DNA of 64,000 nucleotides from an uncultured Pseudomonadota bacterium. GTDB taxonomy: Bacteria > Pseudomonadota > Alphaproteobacteria > Rs-D84. Below the pieces are notes generated by a model. That model did no database searches, was not told the origin of the DNA, and saw only the letters and a program-made list of their open reading frames with translations. Made by a program: the position numbers and the translations under genes. How positions within the stretch are numbered: the first letter of the stretch is position 1; every line of letters starts with the position of its first letter. Where the stretch lies: contig CADAHF010000001.1 of NCBI GenBank assembly GCA_902787665.1, forward strand, positions 2,757 to 66,756, in the 5' to 3' direction. This document shows positions 16,977 to 25,862 of this stretch, piece after piece.

Positions 16977-19385
16977 ATGAAAATAGAATTGGGTAAAAAC
17001 ATCAGTCCGCGCGAAATTGAAACCAAAATTCAAGAATTTTGGGATAACAACAGTTTTTGGGATAACGATGTAAATTCATCGAAAAAGTCGTTCTGTGTTA
17101 TGATGCCACCACCAAATGTGACGGGAAATCTGCACATGGGACATGCGTTGGATAATGTTTTGACCGATATCATTTGCCGGTATAAACGTATGGCGGGTTT
17201 TGACGTGTTATGGCAACCCGGAACCGATCATGCATCTATTGCGACCCAATTACTTGTTGAACGGGATTTGTCAAAACGCGGTATAAACCCACGTTCGAAA
17301 ACCAAGGAAGAATTATTGGAAATCGCATGGGCATGGAAGGCGGACAAGGGTGGTCAAATTATGCACCAGTTGCACACATTGGGTGTTACACCGGTCTGGC
17401 ATCGCGAAAGATTTACAATGGACGATGGTTTATCTGCAGCGGTTACGAAATTGTTTGTAAAAATGTATAACGAGGGTTTAATTTATCGTGCAAAGCGTAT
17501 GGTGAATTGGTGCCCGAAACAGCAAACAACTGTGTCTGATTTGGAAATTGAAACACGTGAAGAAACCGGTAAGTTTTATTATTTCAATTATCCGTTGGTA
17601 GATGGTGGTTTTATCGAAATTGCAACAACACGTCCGGAAACACTGTTCGGTGACCAGGCGATTGCAGTTCATCCAGAAAATGAAAAATTGAAACATTTGA
17701 TTGGTAAGAAAGCGATAATTCCATTAACAGATATTGAAATTCCAATTATCGGTGACGAACACGCTGACCCAGAAAAAGGAACGGGTGCGGTGAAAATTAC
17801 ACCGGCGCACGACTTTGATGACTATGAGGTTGGCTTGCGTCACAATTTGACACCGGTTTGTATTTTAACGCCAACTGCGCGTATGATTTCGGCAGCACCA
17901 GTACCAGAAAAATATTGGGATATGGATCGATATGAAGCGCGTGCTGCGGTTATGGCAGATATTGAAGCAGCGGGTTTGTTGGTCAAAGTTGAAGACAAGG
18001 TTATTCCAACACCATATTCTGAACGTGGTGGCGTGGTTGTTGAACCATGGTTGTCAGATCAATGGTTTGTTGATGCTGAAAAATTGGCTGTGCCTGCGAT
18101 TAAGGCAGTGGAAGAGGGCAAAATTAAGTTTATGCCAGACCATCGTTATAACTTATTTATGGCGTGGATGAAGGATATTCGTCCATGGGCGATTTCGCGT
18201 CAGTTGTGGTGGGGACATCGCATACCGGCATGGTATGATGCGGACGGCAATGTTTATGTTGCTGCAACCGAAGAGGAAGCAATTAAACAATCGGGTGGTA
18301 AAGAATTAACACGCGACAACGATGTGTTGGATACGTGGTTTTCGTCTGCACTATGGCCATTTTCAACATTGGGTTGGCCCGAAGATACATTGGAATTGAA
18401 AAAATATTACCCAACAGATTTGTTATACACTGGCGCCGACATTATATTTTTCTGGGTCGCGCGTATGGTTATGATGGGTATTTACGTTATGGGCGATGTT
18501 CCGTTCAGAACGGTGAATTTCCACGGTCTTGTTCGTGATTCTAAGGGTCAAAAGATGTCCAAGACCAAGGGTAATGGAACAGACCCATTAACAGCGATTG
18601 ATAAATTTGGCACCGATGCATTGCGTTATTGGGTTGCAACCGCGCCAATCGGAACAGATTTGCGTTACAGTGATGATGAGGTTAAACGCGGTTCTAAATT
18701 GCTGACCAAATTGTGGAACGCGTCACGTTATGTTTTGATGAATTTGGAAGATTTTGATTCAAAGCAAACACAAAAAATCGAAATTGCAAATCGTTTTGTC
18801 GAAGACCGTTGGGTGTTGTCTGAATTGAACAAGACGATTGCAGAGGTTCGCAAGAATTTGGATAAATACGACAACTATAATTCGCGTTCGGCGATTGATG
18901 CGTTTTTCTGGGATGTGTTCTGTGATCAATATTTGGAATTTATCAAAGACAGATTCTGGAGTCCTGAAAAATACAGCGCGGAATCAAAACTGGCGGCACA
19001 ATGGACACTGTGGGAAGTGTTGCGTAATATAATCGGTTTGTATGCGCCATTTATACCGTTCATTACCGAAGAATTATGGCAAAAGATTTATCAAGATAGC
19101 GAGGGTGGCGAAACATTGCACCTGACCCCGTATCCAGATGTTGATGTGGCGCGCGATACTGATGTTTCGCAAATGCAAATTGCGTTGGATATATTGAAAA
19201 CGGTTCGTGGTTTGCGCACAGAACGCCAAATCGGTAATGGTGCGAAATTAGAAACATTAACAATTCCATCGGATACGCCAGATGCGTTGCATGGTGTGAT
19301 TAAATCTGCGGCGCGTGCAAATGAGATCGTATTGGGTGATACGGTTGATTTTGTCGTTGCGGAAAACAATAACGGTGAAAAATAA
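16977..19385 (+). CDS. valS: valine--tRNA ligase (short form lacking the C-terminal coiled-coil)
   Basis: HIGH-like motif HMGHAL and KMSKTKGN (KMSKS). About 803 aa. Confidence 0.9.
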   Translation: MKIELGKNISPREIETKIQEFWDNNSFWDNDVNSSKKSFCVMMPPPNVTGNLHMGHALDNVLTDIICRYKRMAGFDVLWQPGTDHASIATQLLVERDLSKRGINPRSKTKEELLEIAWAWKADKGGQIMHQLHTLGVTPVWHRERFTMDDGLSAAVTKLFVKMYNEGLIYRAKRMVNWCPKQQTTVSDLEIETREETGKFYYFNYPLVDGGFIEIATTRPETLFGDQAIAVHPENEKLKHLIGKKAIIPLTDIEIPIIGDEHADPEKGTGAVKITPAHDFDDYEVGLRHNLTPVCILTPTARMISAAPVPEKYWDMDRYEARAAVMADIEAAGLLVKVEDKVIPTPYSERGGVVVEPWLSDQWFVDAEKLAVPAIKAVEEGKIKFMPDHRYNLFMAWMKDIRPWAISRQLWWGHRIPAWYDADGNVYVAATEEEAIKQSGGKELTRDNDVLDTWFSSALWPFSTLGWPEDTLELKKYYPTDLLYTGADIIFFWVARMVMMGIYVMGDVPFRTVNFHGLVRDSKGQKMSKTKGNGTDPLTAIDKFGTDALRYWVATAPIGTDLRYSDDEVKRGSKLLTKLWNASRYVLMNLEDFDSKQTQKIEIANRFVEDRWVLSELNKTIAEVRKNLDKYDNYNSRSAIDAFFWDVFCDQYLEFIKDRFWSPEKYSAESKLAAQWTLWEVLRNIIGLYAPFIPFITEELWQKIYQDSEGGETLHLTPYPDVDVARDTDVSQMQIALDILKTVRGLRTERQIGNGAKLETLTIPSDTPDALHGVIKSAARANEIVLGDTVDFVVAENNNGEK

Positions 19386-20116
19386 TGGCGGACAAATACA
19401 CCGAAATTCGAAAATTGCAAGCATATCAATGCGACCGCTATGGTAATGTTCGTCCGTTAATTTTAATGAACGAATTGCAATCGGTCGCAGATACACATGC
19501 AGAAAAATTGGGTGTTGGGCGCACTTTCCTTTTACAAAATAATTTGGCATGGGTCGTGACGCATTATTTGGTTGATATTATCGAATTGCCACACGAAAAC
19601 GAAGAATTGCATTTTATCACATGGCCATCTGTTGCAGATAGCCTGCGCACTGTGCGTGATTTTGAAATTCGCGGGGCGGATAATCGTTTGATGGTACGCG
19701 CAACATCACAATGGATTCTGATTGATATGGAGCGCCGTCGTCCAGTTGTGTTAACCGATAAATTGCCGGAACGTATTTTGGTTGGTGAACGTGCGCTGGA
19801 CCGTAAGTTTGATAAATTCCCGGACTTTGATGCGGACAAAACGCACATAATGAAATGCCGCTTTGACGATATTGATGTGAACCAGCATATAAACAACGCG
19901 GTCTATGCCGTGTGGGCAACGGAAAGCGTTGGATACGCATATCGTAACGAACATAAATTGTGCGGAATTGAATTGAACTATAAAAAAGAAATCAACCCCG
20001 ATGTTCCCGAAGTATTTGTTGATGTGAAAATTGACGGCAATACCTCGTATCATAAAATCCGTACTGATGCCGCCGACCATGCTATTGTGGTTTGCCATTG
20101 GGCAAATCGTGAATAA
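19385..20116 (+). CDS. acyl-ACP thioesterase (FatA/B-like double hot-dog)
   Basis: Conserved DxxxHVNN-type motif (RFDDIDVNQHINNAVY) and two hot-dog halves. The start overlaps the valS stop (TAATG). Confidence 0.65.
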   Translation: MADKYTEIRKLQAYQCDRYGNVRPLILMNELQSVADTHAEKLGVGRTFLLQNNLAWVVTHYLVDIIELPHENEELHFITWPSVADSLRTVRDFEIRGADNRLMVRATSQWILIDMERRRPVVLTDKLPERILVGERALDRKFDKFPDFDADKTHIMKCRFDDIDVNQHINNAVYAVWATESVGYAYRNEHKLCGIELNYKKEINPDVPEVFVDVKIDGNTSYHKIRTDAADHAIVVCHWANRE

Positions 20117-20141
20117 AAAACGGGGCGATGCCCCGTTTTTG
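20117..20141 (+). terminator. rho-independent terminator
   Basis: AAAACGGGGCGATGCCCCGTTTTTG. Confidence 0.75.
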
Positions 20142-20174
20142 TTAATCACCTATAACCAACAGGTTATAACAAAT

Positions 20175-20205
20175 AAAAAACCGGCAACAGCCGGATTTTT
20201 TAGTT
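20175..20205. terminator. bidirectional terminator hairpin (also terminates rpmH on the minus strand)
   Basis: CCGGCAACAGCCGG stem flanked by A-run and T-run. Confidence 0.6.
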
Positions 20206-20352
20206 AACCGCAGAAACAGCCAAACGTGCGCGACCCTTAGCTCTACGGCGATTCAATACATCGCGTCCGCTCTTTGTTGCCATTTTTTCACGGAACCCAT
20301 GTGTTTTCACACGGCGTGTTTTTGACGGTTGATATGTTCTTTTTGTTGCCAT
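20200..20352 (-). CDS. rpmH: 50S ribosomal protein L34
   Basis: The minus-strand translation [50 protein letters not shown] (50 aa) matches the L34 consensus. It is not in the ORF track because it is under 60 aa. Confidence 0.85.
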   Translation of the reverse strand: MATKRTYQPSKTRRVKTHGFREKMATKSGRDVLNRRRAKGRARLAVSAVN

Positions 20353-20610
20353 AACTAAATCCTTTTGCGCACCTATTTAATCACAGGTTTTTATAAAACG
20401 CAACATTTTTATTTCGATTTTCCAGAATTTATTAATCCGAGTTTTTTTAACCCTTCGAGCATTAAATAATACACGAAAACAGCGGCAAAAAATTGCCACA
20501 GTGGTAAAAATAAATGTTTTGTTGTGTTCATTTTTAAAAAATCCCTAATTTCTGCGATTTATTGTATTACAAAAACCGTGTTTGTCAATATGTTTTTTGG
20601 GCTTTATTCC

Positions 20611-20640
20611 TTGACCCATATGCTAAAATTTTGCTATGCT
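20611..20640 (+). promoter_or_regulatory. candidate gyrA promoter (TTGACC-18 nt-TATGCT) carrying three ATGCTAAAA-like repeats
   Basis: -35 TTGACC (20611-20616) and -10 TATGCT (20635-20640). The TGCTA(A/T) repeats occur three times across the spacer and the +1 region. Confidence 0.35.
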
Positions 20641-20670
20641 TTGTATGCTAAAAACTAAGGGATTTTTGGG

Positions 20671-23430
20671 ATGTCAGAAATTATTGAAACAAACGAAATA
20701 AATGAAATCAAAGTTCCACAATCATCGCTGGAACACGAAATGCGAACAAGCTTTTTGGACTATGCTATGTCGGTTATTGTTGACCGTGCGTTGCCTGATG
20801 TTCGTGATGGTTGTAAACCGGTGCATCGTCGTATTTTGTATGTTATGAATGATGTCGCACCGGCAACAAAATCAACGGTTAAATCGGCACGTATTGTTGG
20901 TGATGTTATGGGTAAATATCACCCACATGGCGATAGTTCTATTTATGAGGCAATGGTTCGTATGGGCCAGGACTTTTCTATGGGCGAAATGCTGGTTCAG
21001 GGTCAGGGTAACTTTGGTTCGCGCGACGGTGATAAAGCTGCTGCTATGCGTTATACCGAGGCGCGCTTGTCAAAACTGGGTGCATCAATGATGGATGATT
21101 TGGACAAAGATACTGTTGATTGGCAACCGAACTTTGATGGCACGTTGCAAGAACCAGTCGTTTTGCCAACCAAGTTTCCAAATTTCCTGGTGAATGGTGG
21201 TTCTGGTATTGCGGTTGGTATGGCGACGAATGTTCCAACATATAATTTGGGCGAACTGTGCAATGGTATTTTAGCTATTTTGGATAATGATAAAATTTCT
21301 GACGATGAATTATTCGATATTATACCGGGGCCTGATTTTCCAACGGGTGGCGTTATTATGGGACGTTCTGGTGCGTACAAAGCACACACAACCGGACGTG
21401 GTTCAATAATTGTTCGTGCAAAAACACATATGGAAACTTTCCATGATCATCCAGCGATTGTTGTTGATGAAATTCCGTACCAGGTTAACAAATCGCAAAT
21501 GATTATCAAAATTGCAGAATTGGCTAAGGATAAACGAATCGAAGGTATCGCCGAGATTCGTGATGAATCGTCCAAGGAAGGATTGCGTGTTGTTATTGAA
21601 TTAAAGCGCGATGCGATTCCAGATGTTGTTTTAAATCAGTTGTTCCAATACACTGAAATGCAGACGAATTTCCCGGTGAATTTAATGGCGCTGAATCGTG
21701 GAAAACCCATGCTGTTCAATATTCGCGGTGTTTTGGATGCGTTTATTGATTTTCGTATAGAGGTTATTCGTCGCAGAACTATTTTCGATTTGAACAAGGC
21801 GCGTAATCGTGCACATACTTTGTTGGGTTTAACGGTTGCTGTTGGTAATTTGGATGAAGTAATTGAGTTGATTAAATCAAGTCCAAACCCAGATGTCGCA
21901 CGCGAACAGCTTGTTTCGCGTACCTGGCACGCGGCTGATATTGAAAGCTATATCAAATTAATTGATGACCCGAACACCGAATATGAAAACGGAATGTTCC
22001 GTATGTCTGATGACCAGGCGCGCGCAATTTTGGAATTGCAATTGCATCGTTTGACTGGTCTTGAACGTGACAAGATTCACAGCGACTTGGTCGATTTGGG
22101 TGCCCAGATTAAAGATTTGCTTGATATATTGGGCAGCCATGCACGTATCGTGCAAATCATTCGCAGCGAGACGATTGATGAACGCGATAATTGGTCGTCT
22201 AAACGTCGTACAGAAATTTCTGATGCAGAAATTGATATTGATATGGAAGATTTGATTGCGCGTGAAGATATGGTTGTGACGGTTTCTAATACTGGATACA
22301 TCAAACGTGTTGCGCTGGATACATATCGTGCACAAAAACGTGGGGGCAAGGGACGTAATGCTATGACAACAAAAGACGATGATTATGTTGTCCAGGTGTT
22401 TGTTGCAAATACGCATACACCATTGTTGTTCTTCTCGTCCAAAGGTTTGTGCTATAAATTAAAAACATATAAATTGCCAGAGGCGGCGGCTGCAGCGAAA
22501 GGGCGTCCGTTGGTGAATTTGTTGCCGTTGGAAGCTGGCGAAACAATAACTGCGATTTTGCCAGTTGACGAAGAAGAAGTGCAAAAGGTTCAAGAAAGTG
22601 GTAAGGAACATTTCTTGATGTTCGCAACAAGTACTGGAACAGTGCGTCGCAATCGTATGTCAGACTTTGATTCAATTCGCGCAAACGGAAAGATTGCGAT
22701 GAAGTTGGACGACGGCGAAAGTTTGATTTCCGTGTTGCCATGCACCGAAGACCAAGATGTGTTTTTGGCCACATATCGCGGGCGTTGCATACGATTCCCT
22801 GTGAATGAAATTCGTGTCTTTGCGGGACGTAATTCAACGGGTGTGCGCGGATTAACATTGGGCAAAGATGATAAAATTATCGGTATGGCAATGCTGAATC
22901 ATGGGGAAACAGATTCTGCTGTGCGTGCTGCATACATCAAACAAAGTCGCGCCGCACGTCGTGCCGCAACTGGTATTGAAGAAGAGGCCGATGCCGAAGA
23001 AGAAACAACAGATTTGGTATTGGACGATGCCAAGATGGCAGAAATGGCAAAGAACGAACAATTCATTTTGACGATTTCTGAAAATGGTTTTGGTAAGCGG
23101 ACTTCGTCATATGAATATCGTATAACACATCGTGGTGGTTCTGGATTTGCAAATATTAAACTGGGTGGTAAAAATACTGCGGTTGCGGGTTCGTTCCCGG
23201 TTGATGACAATCACGATATTATCATGGTGACCGATGGCGGTAAGATTATAAGAACACCAGTTGCAGATGTTCGTATTGCAGGACGTGCAACAGCTGGTGT
23301 GACACTGTTCAGAACAGCCGAAAACGAAAAGGTTATGTCGGCGATTTCTATCGAACACGAAGATGAATCGAACGATGAAACGGTTGCTGAGATAACTGTT
23401 GAAATACCAAATGAACCAGTTGCAGAATAA
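20671..23430 (+). CDS. gyrA: DNA gyrase subunit A
   Basis: Canonical N-terminus with the active-site region (…HRRILY…[10 protein letters not shown]…). 919 aa, with an acidic tail and C-terminal beta-pinwheel repeats. Confidence 0.95.
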   Translation: MSEIIETNEINEIKVPQSSLEHEMRTSFLDYAMSVIVDRALPDVRDGCKPVHRRILYVMNDVAPATKSTVKSARIVGDVMGKYHPHGDSSIYEAMVRMGQDFSMGEMLVQGQGNFGSRDGDKAAAMRYTEARLSKLGASMMDDLDKDTVDWQPNFDGTLQEPVVLPTKFPNFLVNGGSGIAVGMATNVPTYNLGELCNGILAILDNDKISDDELFDIIPGPDFPTGGVIMGRSGAYKAHTTGRGSIIVRAKTHMETFHDHPAIVVDEIPYQVNKSQMIIKIAELAKDKRIEGIAEIRDESSKEGLRVVIELKRDAIPDVVLNQLFQYTEMQTNFPVNLMALNRGKPMLFNIRGVLDAFIDFRIEVIRRRTIFDLNKARNRAHTLLGLTVAVGNLDEVIELIKSSPNPDVAREQLVSRTWHAADIESYIKLIDDPNTEYENGMFRMSDDQARAILELQLHRLTGLERDKIHSDLVDLGAQIKDLLDILGSHARIVQIIRSETIDERDNWSSKRRTEISDAEIDIDMEDLIAREDMVVTVSNTGYIKRVALDTYRAQKRGGKGRNAMTTKDDDYVVQVFVANTHTPLLFFSSKGLCYKLKTYKLPEAAAAAKGRPLVNLLPLEAGETITAILPVDEEEVQKVQESGKEHFLMFATSTGTVRRNRMSDFDSIRANGKIAMKLDDGESLISVLPCTEDQDVFLATYRGRCIRFPVNEIRVFAGRNSTGVRGLTLGKDDKIIGMAMLNHGETDSAVRAAYIKQSRAARRAATGIEEEADAEEETTDLVLDDAKMAEMAKNEQFILTISENGFGKRTSSYEYRITHRGGSGFANIKLGGKNTAVAGSFPVDDNHDIIMVTDGGKIIRTPVADVRIAGRATAGVTLFRTAENEKVMSAISIEHEDESNDETVAEITVEIPNEPVAE

Positions 23431-23439
23431 TATACAGGA

Positions 23440-23835
23440 ATGAATATGGACGGCGAATATTTTGTTTCAATAAACGATGTTGCAAAACGGCTGTCTGTGC
23501 CGGCACACACACTGCGTTATTGGGAAAAGCAATTTCCAACCGCAATTCGCCCGACAACTGGGGCTGGGGGTCGGCGGTATTATCGTCCAGAAACAGTTGA
23601 TAGGTTGGTCGTTATCAAAGATTTGCTGTATAACCGTGGTATGACGATTGCCGGGGTGAAAAAATTAATACACGAAGGTAATCTGCCAAAGGATGTGGAT
23701 AGTTTTGTTGTTAAATCAAATGTGTCACAATCTCGTGATTTAACAGCAAATTCTGTTACATTAAATTCATCAGACGATATCGATGCTGTGATATCATTGT
23801 TAAACACTGCACGTGAAATTTTAGGGACGGTATAG
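23440..23835 (+). CDS. MerR-family transcriptional regulator
   Basis: N-terminal HTH (…ISINDVAKRLSVPAHTLRYWEKQ…RRYY…) typical of MerR. Confidence 0.7.
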   Translation: MNMDGEYFVSINDVAKRLSVPAHTLRYWEKQFPTAIRPTTGAGGRRYYRPETVDRLVVIKDLLYNRGMTIAGVKKLIHEGNLPKDVDSFVVKSNVSQSRDLTANSVTLNSSDDIDAVISLLNTAREILGTV

Positions 23836-23837
23836 CG

Positions 23838-24575
23838 ATGTCTGCTGTTCGTCATTTCCTTGTAAATATTTTTTGTGCTTGTATTCCGAATAAGCCATTG
23901 CGCAAAAAAATGCGTGTGATGTTAAATTCTGATGTTATTGGATGTGTTCGTTTTATAAAAAATGATTTAAATAAAAAGAAAATCGGTCATATAAAATTTT
24001 TTGTTGGATATCAAGCACGCAGTTTGATTGTTTCTGTAAATAACGAATACGTTTATAAATTCCCTTTGCGCCGAAGCGATGCAGATAAATTGGCGGTGCG
24101 CGAAAAACGTATTGTTGATGCATTATCAAAAATATCACCGATATATGTCCCCGGGGTTAAATTGTTAAAGTGGAACGAAAAAATTGTGCGAAAATATGAA
24201 CACATTTCTGGGGTCACATTATCACAAATGGAAATGGATGATGTTATAAACCACATAAGTATTCTTGCGCCAAAAATTGCAAAATTTATTTATGATATTG
24301 CGTGTGCAGATCCAAAAGAGATTCGTGATTTAAAGCCATCAGCAAGTGCAAAACCTGGTTATTGTTTTGGTTGGTGTCATGGGGATATTGCGGATAATTT
24401 CATAGTAAATCCAGAAACTTTTGATGTTGTTGCATTTATAGATTGGGAAGATGCCGGGTTCTGTGATTTTTCATATGTTTTTACCGCAGATAAACGTTCT
24501 CCACGGCGGGAATTAATGGCGGCTGTTGGAAAAGAATATGACAAATTATATAACAAGAATAATTGTAAAAAATAG
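23838..24575 (+). CDS. aminoglycoside/choline-kinase-like phosphotransferase (APH fold)
   Basis: Brenner motif CHGDIADNF and metal-binding IDWEDAG. The true start may be the internal ATG (MRVML…). Confidence 0.55.
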   Translation: MSAVRHFLVNIFCACIPNKPLRKKMRVMLNSDVIGCVRFIKNDLNKKKIGHIKFFVGYQARSLIVSVNNEYVYKFPLRRSDADKLAVREKRIVDALSKISPIYVPGVKLLKWNEKIVRKYEHISGVTLSQMEMDDVINHISILAPKIAKFIYDIACADPKEIRDLKPSASAKPGYCFGWCHGDIADNFIVNPETFDVVAFIDWEDAGFCDFSYVFTADKRSPRRELMAAVGKEYDKLYNKNNCKK

Positions 24576-24591
24576 GTTGTGATAAAACCAT

Positions 24592-24621
24592 AAAAAATAC
24601 CGGCAAATACCGGTGTTTTTT
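24592..24621 (+). terminator. terminator hairpin, member of the ACCGGCA…CCGGTGTTTTTT repeat family
   Basis: ATACCGGCAAATACCGGTG followed by TTTTTT. Confidence 0.55.
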
Positions 24622-24629
24622 AATCAAAA

Positions 24630-24650
24630 TTTGGCAGTCCCAACGGGAAT
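24630..24650. repeat. 21-bp direct repeat of the tRNA-Glu 3' end (att-like scar)
   Basis: TTTGGCAGTCCCAACGGGAAT is identical to 24804-24824 (the tRNA-Glu 3' acceptor/T-arm half plus 2 nt). The two copies are 174 bp apart. Confidence 0.7.
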
Positions 24651-24769
24651 ACTTCGTCACCTTGGCACATTCCCCATCGTTAACACTTTGTGGAACTGGC
24701 GTCCGTCCGTCCGCCTTGTGCCGGCGGTTCGAACCCTTGCGCACGGGTTTGATTCCTGGGGAAAGCAGA

Positions 24770-24803
24770 AAAAACAAATCGCACCAAGTGGTGCGCTTTA
24801 TTT
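24770..24803 (-). terminator. terminator hairpin downstream of tRNA-Glu
   Basis: GCGCACCACTTGGTGCG stem followed by a T-run on the minus strand. Confidence 0.5.
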
Positions 24804-24805
24804 TT

Positions 24806-24880
24806 TGGCAGTCCCAACGGGAATCGAACCCGTGTTACCGGAATGAGAATCCGATGTCCTGACCGCTAGACGATGGGACC
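24806..24880 (-). tRNA. tRNA-Glu (anticodon CUC)
   Basis: Minus-strand cloverleaf: a 7-bp acceptor stem with G1-U72, an anticodon loop TTCTCAT, T-loop GGTTCGATTCC, and an encoded CCA. Confidence 0.8.
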
Positions 24881-24998
24881 GTATGTGACGGTATTTTATA
24901 CTCAAATGTTGCTGTTTTCAATTTTTTTCTTTTATGTTGCAATTATGCCAAGATATGCTAGGGTTTGTGATGCTCTTGCTCAAAAAAAGGAACACAAT

Positions 24999-25745
24999 AT
25001 GAATTTGCGATATATAACAATGTCTGATCCAGGTGAAGATTTGGATATTGAAGAAACACTTGATTTGCTTAGTGTGTCGCCGTTGGCAGAATTGGGGGTC
25101 CAGGCTTACCCGTCTGCAATGATGTATGGTTTGCCACGTTATGTTTGGTTTAACAAATTGCTAGATGCGGTTGAAAATCTTAAAGAACAGCCGAACATTG
25201 CTTTACATGTAAATTTTCATTGGTGTGATGATATGTGCAACAATGTGGTTCCTAATCAAATACGGGGTTGGCTGGATAGAAAAAATAAAAAAACAGAAAA
25301 ACCACTAATAAAGCGAATCCAGTTAAACATTGGCGATTCTGCATACGTTTTTCGAGCGCATAAAGTGCATGATTTAATTGCAAGATTTCCAGATCGTGAA
25401 TTTATTTTGCCTTATAATAAACGGGTTGCGTCAAAGATAGATTCTTTACATGCAACAAATGCAAAATTTAATCTGTTGTTTGATGAGTCATATGGGGCTG
25501 GTATTGCAGCGAAGAGTTATGATGTACCACCATACAATGATGTGAATAGTGGTTATGCTGGCGGATTGTCCCCAGAAAATGTAATTGATCGTCTTGGTAA
25601 AATAAATCAGATTTTGCCAGCTGATTATAGCACATGGATTGATGCCGAGGGTCAGTTACGTGGTTGTTTTGGTAGCATGGCTTTGAATAGAGCGCGTGCA
25701 TATTTGGATAATGCACTTAGATGGTGTAAACAACACACAAAATAA
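24999..25745 (+). CDS. TIM-barrel protein with weak similarity to phosphoribosylanthranilate isomerase (TrpF-like); function unknown
   Basis: The C-terminal half resembles TrpF (…FDESYGAGI…VNSGYAGGLSPENVIDRL…WIDAEGQLR…). The start is set at 24999 (RBS AAAGGAA) because the ORF-track start overlaps the tRNA. Confidence 0.35.
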   Translation: MNLRYITMSDPGEDLDIEETLDLLSVSPLAELGVQAYPSAMMYGLPRYVWFNKLLDAVENLKEQPNIALHVNFHWCDDMCNNVVPNQIRGWLDRKNKKTEKPLIKRIQLNIGDSAYVFRAHKVHDLIARFPDREFILPYNKRVASKIDSLHATNAKFNLLFDESYGAGIAAKSYDVPPYNDVNSGYAGGLSPENVIDRLGKINQILPADYSTWIDAEGQLRGCFGSMALNRARAYLDNALRWCKQHTK

Positions 25746-25862
25746 AATTTTCATAACTAATAACAATGCCGTCCGATTGGGCGGCGTTTTTTATATGATT
25801 TTACCTTGAATAAAATCCTAAGTTTGTGCTAGCCTTTGCGTGTAGGAAACAAAACAAAGGTT

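Noticed and set aside
24651-24803. Possible second tRNA or tmRNA-like gene between the 21-bp repeat and tRNA-Glu (contains GGTTCGAACCC)
   Set aside because: I could not fold a cloverleaf. No acceptor-stem pairing partner exists for either strand, and the T-loop-like motif lacks a flanking stem. It is better explained as the terminator hairpin plus att-scar debris.
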